From: a virus | Lineage: Duplodnaviria > Caudoviricetes | Strand: one strand, 5' to 3' | IMG/VR virus record: IMGVR_UViG_3300048577_000484 | Span: 1-38,160 of that record | DNA length: 38,160 nt | In this document: one piece after another, positions 18,328-27,524 of the stretch | Position numbering within the stretch: position 1 is the first letter of the stretch | Layout of the letters: the number at the start of each line of letters is the position of its first letter | The notes under the pieces: generated by a model | Databases searched by the model: none | What the model was told of the DNA's origin: nothing | Seen by the model: only the letters and a program-made list of their open reading frames with translations | Made by a program: the position numbers and the translations under genes

Positions 18328-18343
18328 CCCACCCGGAGGATTC

Positions 18344-19903
18344 ATGGCCGAAGCCACCCCCAGCACGCCCAACATGGCAGAGCTGAAGCAGGAAATCGCC
18401 ACCGTCGACAAGGACATCCTGTTCCCGTCGTTTGACGGCATTCTGCGCAACCTGGCCGACGACACCCTGCTGACCCGCGGCGGCGGCGAGGGCCTCAAAA
18501 TTTACGACAACCTGGAGCGCGACGGCTCTGTGTACGGGTACCTGGGCAAGCGCAAGCTGGCCGTTACCGCACGCCCGTGGGAAGTGGTGCCCGGCGGCCC
18601 CGGCCGCAAGGAAAAGAAGGCGGCAGAGCTGGTGAAGACCATGCTGGAGGCCGTGGGCTTTGACCGCCTGTGCAAGAACCTGATGGACGCCGTGCTGAAA
18701 GGCTTTGCCGTGGCCGAGATATTGTGGGAGACCGACGGCGCCACCGTCTTTCCGCGCGAGATCAAGGCCAAGAACCAACGCCGTTTCCACTTCGCGGCCG
18801 ACGGCAGCCTGCGCCTGCTCACCCCCCAGGACATGTACCAGGGCGAGCCGGTGCCGGACCGCAAATTCATCGTGCACACCTTTGGCGACAAGGACGGCTC
18901 GCCCTACGGCCTGGGCCTGGGCACCAGGCTGTTCTGGTACGTGCTGTTCAAGCGCGAGGACTTCCGCTCCTGGCTGCTCTTCCTCGACAAGTTCGCCAGC
19001 CCCACGGCCGTGGGCAAATACCCCCATGGCGCACAACCGCCAGAGCAGCAGAAGCTTCTGGACGCCTTGGCGGCCATTGCCCGCGATGCCGGGGTCATTA
19101 TCCCCGAGGGCATGACCGTGGAGCTGCTGGAGGCCCAACGCTCCACCGCGGGCAGCCATGAGGCATTCTGCCGCTACCTGGACGAACAGATCGGGCTCAT
19201 CATTTTGGGCGATGCGCCGGGGGCCAAGGACTCCGGCGGGGCGCTGGCCAGCGCGGCCATACTGCGCAACGAGGTGCGCCTGGAGCTGGTGGCGGATGAT
19301 GCCGACCTGCTTTCGGCCACGTTGAACCAGACCCTGCTCCGGTGGATCACGGAGCTGAACGTGCCGGGGGCCATCCCCCCCACCGTGTGGCGCGACGTGA
19401 AGCCCGCCGAGGATCTGAAGGCCCGCAGCGAGCGCGACAAGAATATTTCTTCCCTGGGCTACCGGCCCACCCTCAAGACCGTGCAGGAGAGCTATGGCGG
19501 CGAATGGGAGCCCATCCCCGGCTTCGGCACGGCCAAGAACGCGCCAGCCGACAAAATATCTGCCGACAACTTGCCAGACGGCAACTCGCCCGACGGCGCG
19601 GATGCCTCGGCCTTTGCCGAGGGCGGGGATGCTGCCGAGAACTACCCGGACCAGCTGGCGCTTGATGACGCGGCGGACAACTTGCCCGTTGACGAATTGG
19701 ACCAGGCCATGCGCGCCATGCTGAAGCCCGTGGTGCAGCTGCTGGCGGGGGGCGGCAGCCCCGAGGACGCCATGACCAGGCTGGAGGAGATCTACCCGGA
19801 CCTGGACGCCACGGCCCTGGCCACCCAGCTGGCCCGCGCCATGTTCGTGGCCAAGGTGTGGGGCAGGCTTGCGGCGGACGCTGAAACGGGAACCCAGGCC
19901 TAA
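18344..19903 (+). CDS. Portal protein (Mu gp29/DUF935-like)
   Basis: DAVLKGFAVAEILW, PYGLGL and FLDKFASP..VGKYP motifs; synteny. Confidence 0.9.
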   Translation: MAEATPSTPNMAELKQEIATVDKDILFPSFDGILRNLADDTLLTRGGGEGLKIYDNLERDGSVYGYLGKRKLAVTARPWEVVPGGPGRKEKKAAELVKTMLEAVGFDRLCKNLMDAVLKGFAVAEILWETDGATVFPREIKAKNQRRFHFAADGSLRLLTPQDMYQGEPVPDRKFIVHTFGDKDGSPYGLGLGTRLFWYVLFKREDFRSWLLFLDKFASPTAVGKYPHGAQPPEQQKLLDALAAIARDAGVIIPEGMTVELLEAQRSTAGSHEAFCRYLDEQIGLIILGDAPGAKDSGGALASAAILRNEVRLELVADDADLLSATLNQTLLRWITELNVPGAIPPTVWRDVKPAEDLKARSERDKNISSLGYRPTLKTVQESYGGEWEPIPGFGTAKNAPADKISADNLPDGNSPDGADASAFAEGGDAAENYPDQLALDDAADNLPVDELDQAMRAMLKPVVQLLAGGGSPEDAMTRLEEIYPDLDATALATQLARAMFVAKVWGRLAADAETGTQA

Positions 19904-19906
19904 CCC

Positions 19907-21157
19907 ATGCCCGAGATCCCGAACCTCGCCTATGCCCTGAATCTTCCGCCCGAGAAGGCCATCGCCTACTTTGAGGCCAAGGGCTATGCGTTCTCCTGGG
20001 ACTGGCGCGAGGTGTGGCAAGAGGCCCACGCCCAGGCCTTTACCGTGGCGGGCGTGCTGAAAAGCGATGTGCTGCAAGACATCCGCGCGGGCGTTGGACA
20101 GGCGTTGAAGGACGGTAAAACGCTTGCTCAATTCGAGCGTGAGCTTGAGCCCCTGCTGAAAAAGCGCGGCTGGCTGGGCAAGGGCGAGGTGCGTAACGCC
20201 GCCACCGGCGAAGTGGAGGGCCGCCGCCTGGCCCCGCACCGCATGGCCACCATCTACCGCACCAACATGCAGACCAGCTACATGGCCGGACGCTACAAGA
20301 GCTTTGCGGAGAACGCCGCGGCCCGCCCCTATTGGGAATACGTGGCGGTGATGGACGCCCGCACCAGGCCGGAGCACGCCGCGTTGAATGGCCTGGTCTT
20401 TCCCGCCGGTGACGCTTTCTGGAATTCGTACTGGCCGCCCAACGGCTACCGCTGCCGCTGCCGGGTCAGCGCGCTGACCGCGCGCGAGGCCAAGGCCGAG
20501 GGCGTGCGCCTGGAGTCGTCCGAGGGGCGCATCACCGAAAAGGAGGTGCCGGTCGGTCGCTCGCGTCCTGGCCAGCCCGCGCCCAAGGCCAAGGTGACCA
20601 CCTTCGAACTGCGGCCCGGCCTGTCCATTTCGCCGGACCCCGGCTTTTCCTACAACCCCGGCAAGGCGGCCTGGCCGGAGCTGCAGGACGTGCTGGCCCG
20701 CAAAATGGAGACCGCGTCCCAACGCATTGCCTCCGGCCTGGCGCGCGGGCAAGCCCTGGGGCCTGGCTTCAAGGAGTTCCACGCCGCCCCCTCCGGCAAC
20801 TGGCCCATAGCGAAGATCCCGCCCGAGGACGCCAAGGCCATCGGCTCGCAAACGGGCACGGTGCTGCTCTCCGCAGACACCATGAAGAAGCAGCTGCGCG
20901 AACACGCGGAGCTTGCCCCGGAGGAGTATGCGAAAGCCCAGGCGGCCATAGATGCCGGGACCAAGGTGCGGGATTCCGCGCACTCCCTGGTCTACATCCT
21001 GGAGGAGACCGGCGCGGAGACTGGCGGTTACGTGACTGTGGTGAAGGCCACCCGCACCGGCCAGGCGGTGTTTCTGACCAGCCTGCGGCGACTGTCCCAT
21101 GATGACGTGAAGCGGAACATGGAAGTGCAGCGGCTGCTGCAAAAGGCCAAGAAATGA
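19907..21157 (+). CDS. MuF (gp30) head protein with C-terminal BECR/PBECR-like nuclease-fold extension
   Basis: AFTVAG, TIYRTN, D.RTRPEH and PPNGYRCRC MuF motifs; roughly 150 extra residues with H.EL..EY and VVKAT..FLTSLRR. Confidence 0.85.
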   Translation: MPEIPNLAYALNLPPEKAIAYFEAKGYAFSWDWREVWQEAHAQAFTVAGVLKSDVLQDIRAGVGQALKDGKTLAQFERELEPLLKKRGWLGKGEVRNAATGEVEGRRLAPHRMATIYRTNMQTSYMAGRYKSFAENAAARPYWEYVAVMDARTRPEHAALNGLVFPAGDAFWNSYWPPNGYRCRCRVSALTAREAKAEGVRLESSEGRITEKEVPVGRSRPGQPAPKAKVTTFELRPGLSISPDPGFSYNPGKAAWPELQDVLARKMETASQRIASGLARGQALGPGFKEFHAAPSGNWPIAKIPPEDAKAIGSQTGTVLLSADTMKKQLREHAELAPEEYAKAQAAIDAGTKVRDSAHSLVYILEETGAETGGYVTVVKATRTGQAVFLTSLRRLSHDDVKRNMEVQRLLQKAKK

Positions 21158-21158
21158 C

Positions 21159-21320
21159 GAAGGCCGCGCTCCGAAGAGAACGGCCTTCAATCAGGCGGGC
21201 GGTGGGGCCTCCCTCCGCTTGCGCGGCAACCCCACATGGCGCTCCGGCGGTAAACCGCCGTGCTACGGCCGGGAGTATGTCACCGTGTCGCGCCCGCTTA
21301 AAATCCATATAGGGCGGGCG
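21159..21320 (+). ncRNA. Candidate structured RNA between muF and the virion morphogenesis gene
   Basis: Hairpin 21159-21188, then a multi-stem closed by GCGGGCG/CGCCCGC (21195-21201/21291-21297) with loop-loop complementarity CTCCC/GGGAG. Confidence 0.55.
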
Positions 21321-21334
21321 GCAAAGGAAGTCAA

Positions 21335-21853
21335 ATGCTCGAAGCCAAACTTGATTCCGCAGTGGTGCAGCACGCGCTGGAAATGCTGCGCGTATCGTGC
21401 CAGGACGCCTCCCCGGTCATGCGGGTCATCGCGGGCGACATGGAGCGCGCGGTGGAAAAGAACTTCCAGAGCGAAGGCCGCCCGGCCTGGCTTGGCCTGG
21501 CCCCCGGCACCATCGCCGGGCGCGTGAAGAACGGCACCTGGCCGGGCAAGATCCTCCAACGCACGGGCCAGCTGGCCAGCAGCATCGAGGCGCACTCCGA
21601 TTCCAACAGCGCCACCGTGGGCACCAACCTGGCGTATGCGGCCATCCAACAGCTGGGCGGCAAGACCCGCGCCCACACCATCACCGCACGCAAGGGCAAG
21701 GCCCTGGCCTTCGGCGGCATATTCCGCCGCTCGGTCCACCACCCCGGCTCCAAGATCCCGGCCCGGCCCTTCCTGGCGCTGGACACCACCGACGAAAAGC
21801 AGATCGAGGAGTCGGTGCTGCTCTTCCTGACGGGGCGAATGTCCGTTCTTTGA
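21335..21853 (+). CDS. Virion morphogenesis protein (Mu gp31/G-like)
   Basis: GKILQRTGQLASSI, VGTNLAYAAIQQLGG and IPARPFL motifs. Confidence 0.88.
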   Translation: MLEAKLDSAVVQHALEMLRVSCQDASPVMRVIAGDMERAVEKNFQSEGRPAWLGLAPGTIAGRVKNGTWPGKILQRTGQLASSIEAHSDSNSATVGTNLAYAAIQQLGGKTRAHTITARKGKALAFGGIFRRSVHHPGSKIPARPFLALDTTDEKQIEESVLLFLTGRMSVL

Positions 21854-22062
21854 CCAGGGGCGCACGGCGGCCTGGAGCACCTTGGGCGCACAACTCCCGC
21901 CCGAAACCGTTAAACGCGGGATTAAACGCCACTGGCGCGTTTCTGGAGCGGCTCCAGCATCCGACCTCGACCGTGCCGGACATGGGGTTGCATTCCTTTC
22001 CCGTTTCGGCATAGGGTCTCGGCACCAGTCCGTCGACCGAAAATCCCCCAGGAATCTTACTC

Positions 22063-22084
22063 CCCCGGACATTTGTCCACGTTA
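22063..22084 (+). promoter_or_regulatory. Late-promoter activator site, copy 2 (upstream of the protease/head operon)
   Basis: CCCCGGACATTTGTCCACGTTA containing the dyad GGACA-TT-TGTCC. Confidence 0.7.
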
Positions 22085-22116
22085 TGCCGCGCCGTGTCAT
22101 CACGCATGCTGCGGCC

Positions 22117-23283
22117 ATGAAGACACCCGCACCCATCCACATCTTCCGGTCCGGCACGCACACGGACGTCAGCGGCAAGACCCTGGCGTTCGGCGAAACC
22201 GAGCTGGAAGCGTCGGCTAAGGCCTACGACCCGGCCCTGTTCGAGGCCCCCCTCGTGGTGGGGCATCCGCAGCTCGACGCCCCGGCCTACGGCTGGGTCG
22301 AATCCCTCTCTTTTTCCCAAAACGGCCTTTCCGCCGCCCCCCGCCAGGTGGACCCCGCGTTCGCCGAGCTGGTGCGCGCGGGCCGCTACAAGAAGATCTC
22401 CGCCTCGTTCTACCTGCCCAACTCGCCCGCCAACCCCGTGCCCGGCGTTTTCTACCTGCGCCACGTGGGGTTCCTGGGGGCCGCCGCTCCGGCGGTGAAG
22501 GGCCTCAAGCCCGTGGCCTTTGCCCAGGCCGAGGAGGGCGTGGTGGAGTTTTCCGATGCCTGGGCCGAACGCCAGAACGCCAGCCTGTGGCGCGCCCTGC
22601 GCGAATGGCTCTTGGCCAAGTTCGGACAGGAGGAGGCGGACAAGGCCGTCGCCCCCTGGCTGGTGGAGAGCGTCGAGGACGCGGCCCGCAAAGAGCTGCT
22701 GGAGGACCAGGCCCAACCCGAGTTCGCCGAGGGCGGACCGGCCAACCCCAATTTCAAGGAGGACGAAGTGGAGAAGGAAAAAGAGGCCCTCGCGGCCGAA
22801 CGCGCCAAGCTCGCCGAGGAGCGGGCCGCGCTGGAGAGGCAGCGGGCGGACTTCGCCGAGCGCGAGGCCAAGCTCATGGAGACCGAGGCTGGCCGCATCC
22901 ATGCGGAGCACGTGACCTTTGCCGAGATCCTGGTGAAGGAAGGCAAGCTCCTGCCCGCGAACAAGGAAGCCACGGTGGGCCTGCTCGACAGCCTGGCTGT
23001 TTCCAGCGCCGTGGTGGCCTTTGCCGAGGAGAACGGGGGCAAGGTCGAAAAGTCCGCCTTGCAGACCATGAAGGACATGCTGACCACCAGCCCCAAGCTG
23101 GTGGACTTCAGCGAGCGCGCCGTGGGCGACCTGGACGCGGGCGGCTCGGCCAGCTTCGCGGCCCCCCAGGGCTACACTGCCGACCCCGAGCGGCTGGAGC
23201 TGCACGGCAAGGCCGTGGCCTTTCAGGCCGCGCACCCCGGAACCGATTACGCGACGGCCCTTGTGGCCGTGGGAGGCAACTAA
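22117..23283 (+). CDS. Capsid maturation protease/scaffold (Mu I/Z-like)
   Basis: APLVVGHP, PAYGWV, YKKISASF and LRHVGFLGA..PAVKGL motifs; coiled-coil C-terminal half. Confidence 0.88.
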   Translation: MKTPAPIHIFRSGTHTDVSGKTLAFGETELEASAKAYDPALFEAPLVVGHPQLDAPAYGWVESLSFSQNGLSAAPRQVDPAFAELVRAGRYKKISASFYLPNSPANPVPGVFYLRHVGFLGAAAPAVKGLKPVAFAQAEEGVVEFSDAWAERQNASLWRALREWLLAKFGQEEADKAVAPWLVESVEDAARKELLEDQAQPEFAEGGPANPNFKEDEVEKEKEALAAERAKLAEERAALERQRADFAEREAKLMETEAGRIHAEHVTFAEILVKEGKLLPANKEATVGLLDSLAVSSAVVAFAEENGGKVEKSALQTMKDMLTTSPKLVDFSERAVGDLDAGGSASFAAPQGYTADPERLELHGKAVAFQAAHPGTDYATALVAVGGN

Positions 23284-23622
23284 ATGGGCAAGCAGTGCAT
23301 CACCATCCTGAGTCTCTCGATGCGGGCCTCCGGCACCATCGCTGAGTACCGTTTCGTCACCCCCACCGGCGCGCAGGCCGGGGCCGGGGCCAACACCCTG
23401 GGCACGTCCGAATACGCCGCCGACGACGGCGAAATGCTGGCCGTGGCCAACCTGGGCACGGCCCTTGTGGAGGCCGGGGCCGCCGTGGCCGCCGGAGCGG
23501 CCGTCCAGTCCGATGCCTCCGGCCGGGCCATCACCAAGGACACCGGGGCCACGGTGGCCCGCGCCCTGGCGGCCGCTGCCGCGGCGGGCGACTTCATCGA
23601 AGTGACCCTCATCCCCAACTAA
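23284..23622 (+). CDS. Capsid cement/decoration protein (DUF2190-like)
   Basis: Ala/Gly-rich 112 aa between protease and capsid genes. Confidence 0.75.
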   Translation: MGKQCITILSLSMRASGTIAEYRFVTPTGAQAGAGANTLGTSEYAADDGEMLAVANLGTALVEAGAAVAAGAAVQSDASGRAITKDTGATVARALAAAAAAGDFIEVTLIPN

Positions 23623-23652
23623 CCGACATCACAGGCAAGGAGCAACGCAACC

Positions 23653-24576
23653 ATGATGAACCCCACGCAGACGCGGGTCATCGACCCCATTTTGACCACC
23701 GTGGTCCAGGGCTACAAAAACGCCGACTTTGTCGGCAGCGCCCTGTTCCCGCGCGTGCCGGTCGCCGTTTCCGGCGGCAAGATCATCGAGTTCGGCAAGG
23801 AACACTTCCTGGCCTACAACACCCAGCGCTCGCCCGGCGGGGCGACCAAGCGCATCAGCTTCGGCTACCAGGGCAAGCCCTACGCCGTGGAAAACCACGC
23901 CCTGGAAGCCCCTGTGCCCCGCGAGTACATGCGCGACGCCTCCAAGGTGCCGGGCATCAACCTGGGCACCCGCGCGGTGAACCTGGTCATGCGCTCCGAG
24001 GGTTTGGCCCTGGAGATCCAGCAGGCCGCCCTGGCCACCGACCCCAGCCAGTACGGCGCGAACAACAAGGTCACCCTCTCCGGCACGGACAAGTTCAGCG
24101 ACAGCACCTCGGACATCGAGGGCACCTTCGATGACGCCAAGGAAGCCGTCCGTACCGCCTGCGGCATGTACCCCAACGTGGCGCTCTTCGGCCCCAAGGC
24201 CTTCCGCGCCACGAAGCGTCACGCCAAAGTGAAAGAGCAGTTCAAGTACGTGTCCGACAAGTCCGTCACCACGGAAATGCTCGGCGAGTTTCTGGAGATC
24301 GACACCGTCGTGGTGGGCAAGGCCGTGAAGGCCTCGGACGCCGGGGCCATGAGCGACGTGTGGGGAAACTACATCGTGCTCGCCTACGTTCCGGCCGCCC
24401 CTTCGCAGGCCGAGGAGCCGAGCTACGGCTACACCTACACCCTGGAGGGCCACCCCATGGTGGAGGCTCCCTACTGGGACAGCACCCACAAGAGCTGGTT
24501 CTACGGCGTGACCGACGAGCGCGTGCCTGTGCTCTCCGGCATCGCCTCCGGCTTCCTCATCATCAACCCGTTCTAG
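23653..24576 (+). CDS. Major capsid protein
   Basis: 307 aa, IDPILTTVVQGYKN..LFPRVPV N-terminus; AAGGAG RBS; synteny. Confidence 0.85.
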   Translation: MMNPTQTRVIDPILTTVVQGYKNADFVGSALFPRVPVAVSGGKIIEFGKEHFLAYNTQRSPGGATKRISFGYQGKPYAVENHALEAPVPREYMRDASKVPGINLGTRAVNLVMRSEGLALEIQQAALATDPSQYGANNKVTLSGTDKFSDSTSDIEGTFDDAKEAVRTACGMYPNVALFGPKAFRATKRHAKVKEQFKYVSDKSVTTEMLGEFLEIDTVVVGKAVKASDAGAMSDVWGNYIVLAYVPAAPSQAEEPSYGYTYTLEGHPMVEAPYWDSTHKSWFYGVTDERVPVLSGIASGFLIINPF

Positions 24577-24590
24577 GAGGGCGCTGAACC

Positions 24591-24812
24591 ATGCCGCAGT
24601 ATTCCGTGAACGAACCCCTGAAGCACGATGGCCAGGCCTACGCCCCCGGCGACACCGTGGAGATGGACGCCAAGGCCGCCAAGGCCCTGCTGGCCCTCGG
24701 CACGCTCGGCCCGGCCGTCAAGGCCGCGGCCAAGACTGAGCCCAAGGCCAAGGCCTCCCCGGACGCCGCCGGTGACGGCGACGCCTCGGGCGAAGCCGAG
24801 GAAGGAAAGTAG
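24591..24812 (+). CDS. Small head-associated hypothetical protein
   Basis: AGGAGG RBS; PLKHDG..YAPGDTVE motif with low-complexity tail. Confidence 0.7.
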   Translation: MPQYSVNEPLKHDGQAYAPGDTVEMDAKAAKALLALGTLGPAVKAAAKTEPKAKASPDAAGDGDASGEAEEGK

Positions 24813-24815
24813 CCC

Positions 24816-25241
24816 ATGGCCTACGCCAGCACCCAGGACATGGTCGCCCGGTTCGGCCTGCATGAGGTGATAGCCGTCACCGATCGGGAGAACACCGGGG
24901 ACGTGGACGAAACCGTGCTTGCCCCGGCGCTTGCCGAGGCCACGGCGGAGATCGAGGGGCACCTGGCCGCCCGGTACTCCCTGCCCCTGGAAAACGTCCC
25001 GCTGCTGGTGGTGGGCCTTTGCTGCGACATCGCCCGGTACCGGCTCTCCGGGGCGGACGTTTTGGAGACCGACCCGACCCGCAACCGCTACCGCGACGCG
25101 GTCCGCATGCTGGAGCTGATCGGCGCGGGCAAGGTCAGCCTGGGCTTGGACCAGGCCGGACAGCCCGCGCCCACTTCCGGCACGGTGCGCATTGCTCCGG
25201 GGGAGCGCAGCTTTCCCGCGGGCAGCCTGAAGGACTGGTGA
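24816..25241 (+). CDS. Head-tail adaptor (Mu gp36/DUF1320-like)
   Basis: MAYAS..D..ARFG, RYSLPL, CCDIARYRL motifs. Confidence 0.88.
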   Translation: MAYASTQDMVARFGLHEVIAVTDRENTGDVDETVLAPALAEATAEIEGHLAARYSLPLENVPLLVVGLCCDIARYRLSGADVLETDPTRNRYRDAVRMLELIGAGKVSLGLDQAGQPAPTSGTVRIAPGERSFPAGSLKDW

Positions 25242-25245
25242 GAAC

Positions 25246-25866
25246 ATGAACCTGACACTTGAAGCCATTGAGGACGCCATGAAGGCGCGCATCACGGCCG
25301 CCAGCAGCTCCGGCCAGCTGGGCTACCGCATCAACTCCGTGGCGACCTATGCGGGCGAGTTCGACGACCTGACCAGCCTGGCGGCCGTCATCCGCACCCT
25401 GCCCGGCGTGTGGCTGGTGCTTGATGCCCTTGGCAAGCCGGAGCGCAAGGGAGCGGACAAGTGGAAGGTGCCCGCCACCTTCGTGGTCATGGTAGGCGCG
25501 CGCAACCCGCGCAGCGCGGAGGCCGCCCGCCACGGATCGCAGACCGTGCGCGGTCTGGAGCCGGGCAGCTATCGGATGCTTCAGGACATGTGGGACCTGT
25601 TCGCCGGGCAGGACATGGGCATCGCCGTGGAGGCCTTCAAGCCCGGCAAGACGGTGACGGTGTTCCAGACCCGCGTGCAGAACGAGGGAATTTCCGTGCT
25701 TGGCCTGGAGCTCCACACCAGCTTCATGCGCACCGGCCAAGCCACAAAGGACGAGGCCAACGCGCCGGAGCTGAAGGCCGTGGGCTTCAACTACTACCTG
25801 AAACCGGGTGACGACATACCCGACGCCACCGACCTGGTGCAGTTCGGTGGAGAGGAGGAAGCATGA
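25246..25866 (+). CDS. Tail terminator/completion protein (Mu gp37/DUF1834-like)
   Basis: IEDAM..RI, VATYAGEFDD and PGVW motifs; synteny. Confidence 0.8.
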   Translation: MNLTLEAIEDAMKARITAASSSGQLGYRINSVATYAGEFDDLTSLAAVIRTLPGVWLVLDALGKPERKGADKWKVPATFVVMVGARNPRSAEAARHGSQTVRGLEPGSYRMLQDMWDLFAGQDMGIAVEAFKPGKTVTVFQTRVQNEGISVLGLELHTSFMRTGQATKDEANAPELKAVGFNYYLKPGDDIPDATDLVQFGGEEEA

Positions 25867-26060
25867 AAGTGAGAGCCGCAAGCGGGTTGCGCGTGCCCAA
25901 GGAAGGCAAGCCCCGCCAGTACATCACCGAAACGGACGCCGTGGAAGTGCCCGAAACCGCGTACTACCTGCGCGCCGTGGCCTGCGGCGACCTGGTCACG
26001 GAACCGGCCACGGCCAAGGCCGCGAAAAGCGCCACCACCGCGACCCAGGACAAGGAGTAG
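25863..26060 (+). CDS. Mu gp38/DUF2635-like protein
   Basis: GLRVPKE..VPETAYYLR..GDLV pattern before the sheath gene. Confidence 0.82.
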   Translation: MKVRAASGLRVPKEGKPRQYITETDAVEVPETAYYLRAVACGDLVTEPATAKAAKSATTATQDKE

Positions 26061-26063
26061 CCC

Positions 26064-27488
26064 ATGGCCAGCCCGAATATCTCTTTCGAGAAGATCCCCG
26101 CCTCCATCCGCAAACCGGGGGCGTACTTCGAGTTCAACACCAAGCTGGCGGTGAACAACCTGCCCGCCAACACGCAAAAGGTGCTCGTCATCGGCCAGCG
26201 CCTGACCGCTGGCAGCGTGGCCGCTCTGACGCCCACGGACGTGTACAGCGACGCCGAGGCGGCGACGTACTTCGGCGAAGGCAGCATCGTGCACCGCATG
26301 GTCCGCGCCGCCATCAAGGCCAACGCCTATCTCTCGCTCACCTGCCTGGCGGTGGATGACGCCACGGCGGGCATCGCCGCCATCGGCGGCCTGGCGCTCA
26401 CCGGCCCGGCCTCGGGCTCCGGCGTGGCCACCCTGATGGTGGGCAAGGATCTGATCCAGGTGGCCGTGGACAGCGCCGACACCGCCGCGGAGGTGGCGGG
26501 GGCACTGGTGGCCCAGGCTGCCCAACAGACCGACTTGCCCGTGAACATAACCGTGGCCGAGGGCACGCTCACCATCACCGCCAAGCACAAGGGCAGCTTG
26601 GGCAACGCCATCAAGCTGTCCTTCACCAGCACGGCCAGCGGCATCACCGGCGTCATCACGGCCATGACGGGCGGCCAGGTGGACCCGGACATCACCGGGG
26701 CGCTGGCCATGGTGGCCGGGGCGGGGCACACCATCATCCTCACCCCGTTTACTGACGAGGCCAACCTGCTTGCCCTGCGCTCGCACTTGGACTTCGTGGG
26801 CGGCCCGATGGAGATGCGCGGGGCCACGGCCTATTACGGGCTGGTCGCCACCCTGGCCAGCTCCACAACCCTGGCCGCCAAAGTGAACTGCGGCCGCGCG
26901 TTGGGCGCGCTGTTGCGCGGCTCGCGCAGCCTGCCCTGGGAGATCGGCGCGGCCTTCGGCTCCGTGGCCGCCAGCGAGGAAGATCCGGCCATGCCGCTGA
27001 ACCACCTGGTGCTGGCTGGCATCGACGTGCCGGACGTGGCCGACCGCCTGACCCGCACCGAACAGGAAGTGCTGCTGCACAACGGCGTGACCCCGCTTGA
27101 GGTGGGGCCGGACGGCACCAGCGTGCAGATCGTGCGCGCCGTCACCACCTACACGGTGAACGAGGCGGACGTGGACGACGAGAGCCTGCTCGACGTCACC
27201 AGCATCCGCACCCTGGACTATGCGCGCAAGGCGTGGCGTGAACGCGTCCTCCTGCGCTTCCCCCGCGCCAAGCTCTCCAGCCGCACCCCGGCCAAGGTCC
27301 GCAGCGAGCTGCTCGACGTGGCCTACAAGCTGGAGGAGCTGGAGATCCTGGAGAACGTGGACCTGTACAAGGACTACCTCATTTGCGAGCGCGACAGCCA
27401 GGACGCCAACCGCCTGGACGCGCGGATTCCGGCCGACGTCGTGAACGGCCTGCACGTGTTCGCCGCGCGCATCGACATGTTTTTGTAA
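26064..27488 (+). CDS. Tail sheath protein (Mu gpL-like)
   Basis: IPASIRKPGAYFEFN, LLHNGVTPL and DVVNGLHVFA motifs. Confidence 0.93.
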   Translation: MASPNISFEKIPASIRKPGAYFEFNTKLAVNNLPANTQKVLVIGQRLTAGSVAALTPTDVYSDAEAATYFGEGSIVHRMVRAAIKANAYLSLTCLAVDDATAGIAAIGGLALTGPASGSGVATLMVGKDLIQVAVDSADTAAEVAGALVAQAAQQTDLPVNITVAEGTLTITAKHKGSLGNAIKLSFTSTASGITGVITAMTGGQVDPDITGALAMVAGAGHTIILTPFTDEANLLALRSHLDFVGGPMEMRGATAYYGLVATLASSTTLAAKVNCGRALGALLRGSRSLPWEIGAAFGSVAASEEDPAMPLNHLVLAGIDVPDVADRLTRTEQEVLLHNGVTPLEVGPDGTSVQIVRAVTTYTVNEADVDDESLLDVTSIRTLDYARKAWRERVLLRFPRAKLSSRTPAKVRSELLDVAYKLEELEILENVDLYKDYLICERDSQDANRLDARIPADVVNGLHVFAARIDMFL

Positions 27489-27524
27489 CCGCCGCCAAAC
27501 CGGCGTTTAACGGAGATTCAACGC

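Noticed and set aside
16048-21190. Very long minus-strand ORFs (816 aa at 16048-18498, 962 aa at 18302-21190)
   Set aside because: Antisense shadows of the terminase, portal and MuF genes caused by high-GC codon bias; no recognisable motifs
21219-21527. 102-aa ORF as an immunity protein for the MuF extension
   Set aside because: TTG start without RBS, overlaps the morphogenesis gene out of frame, not protein-like in composition
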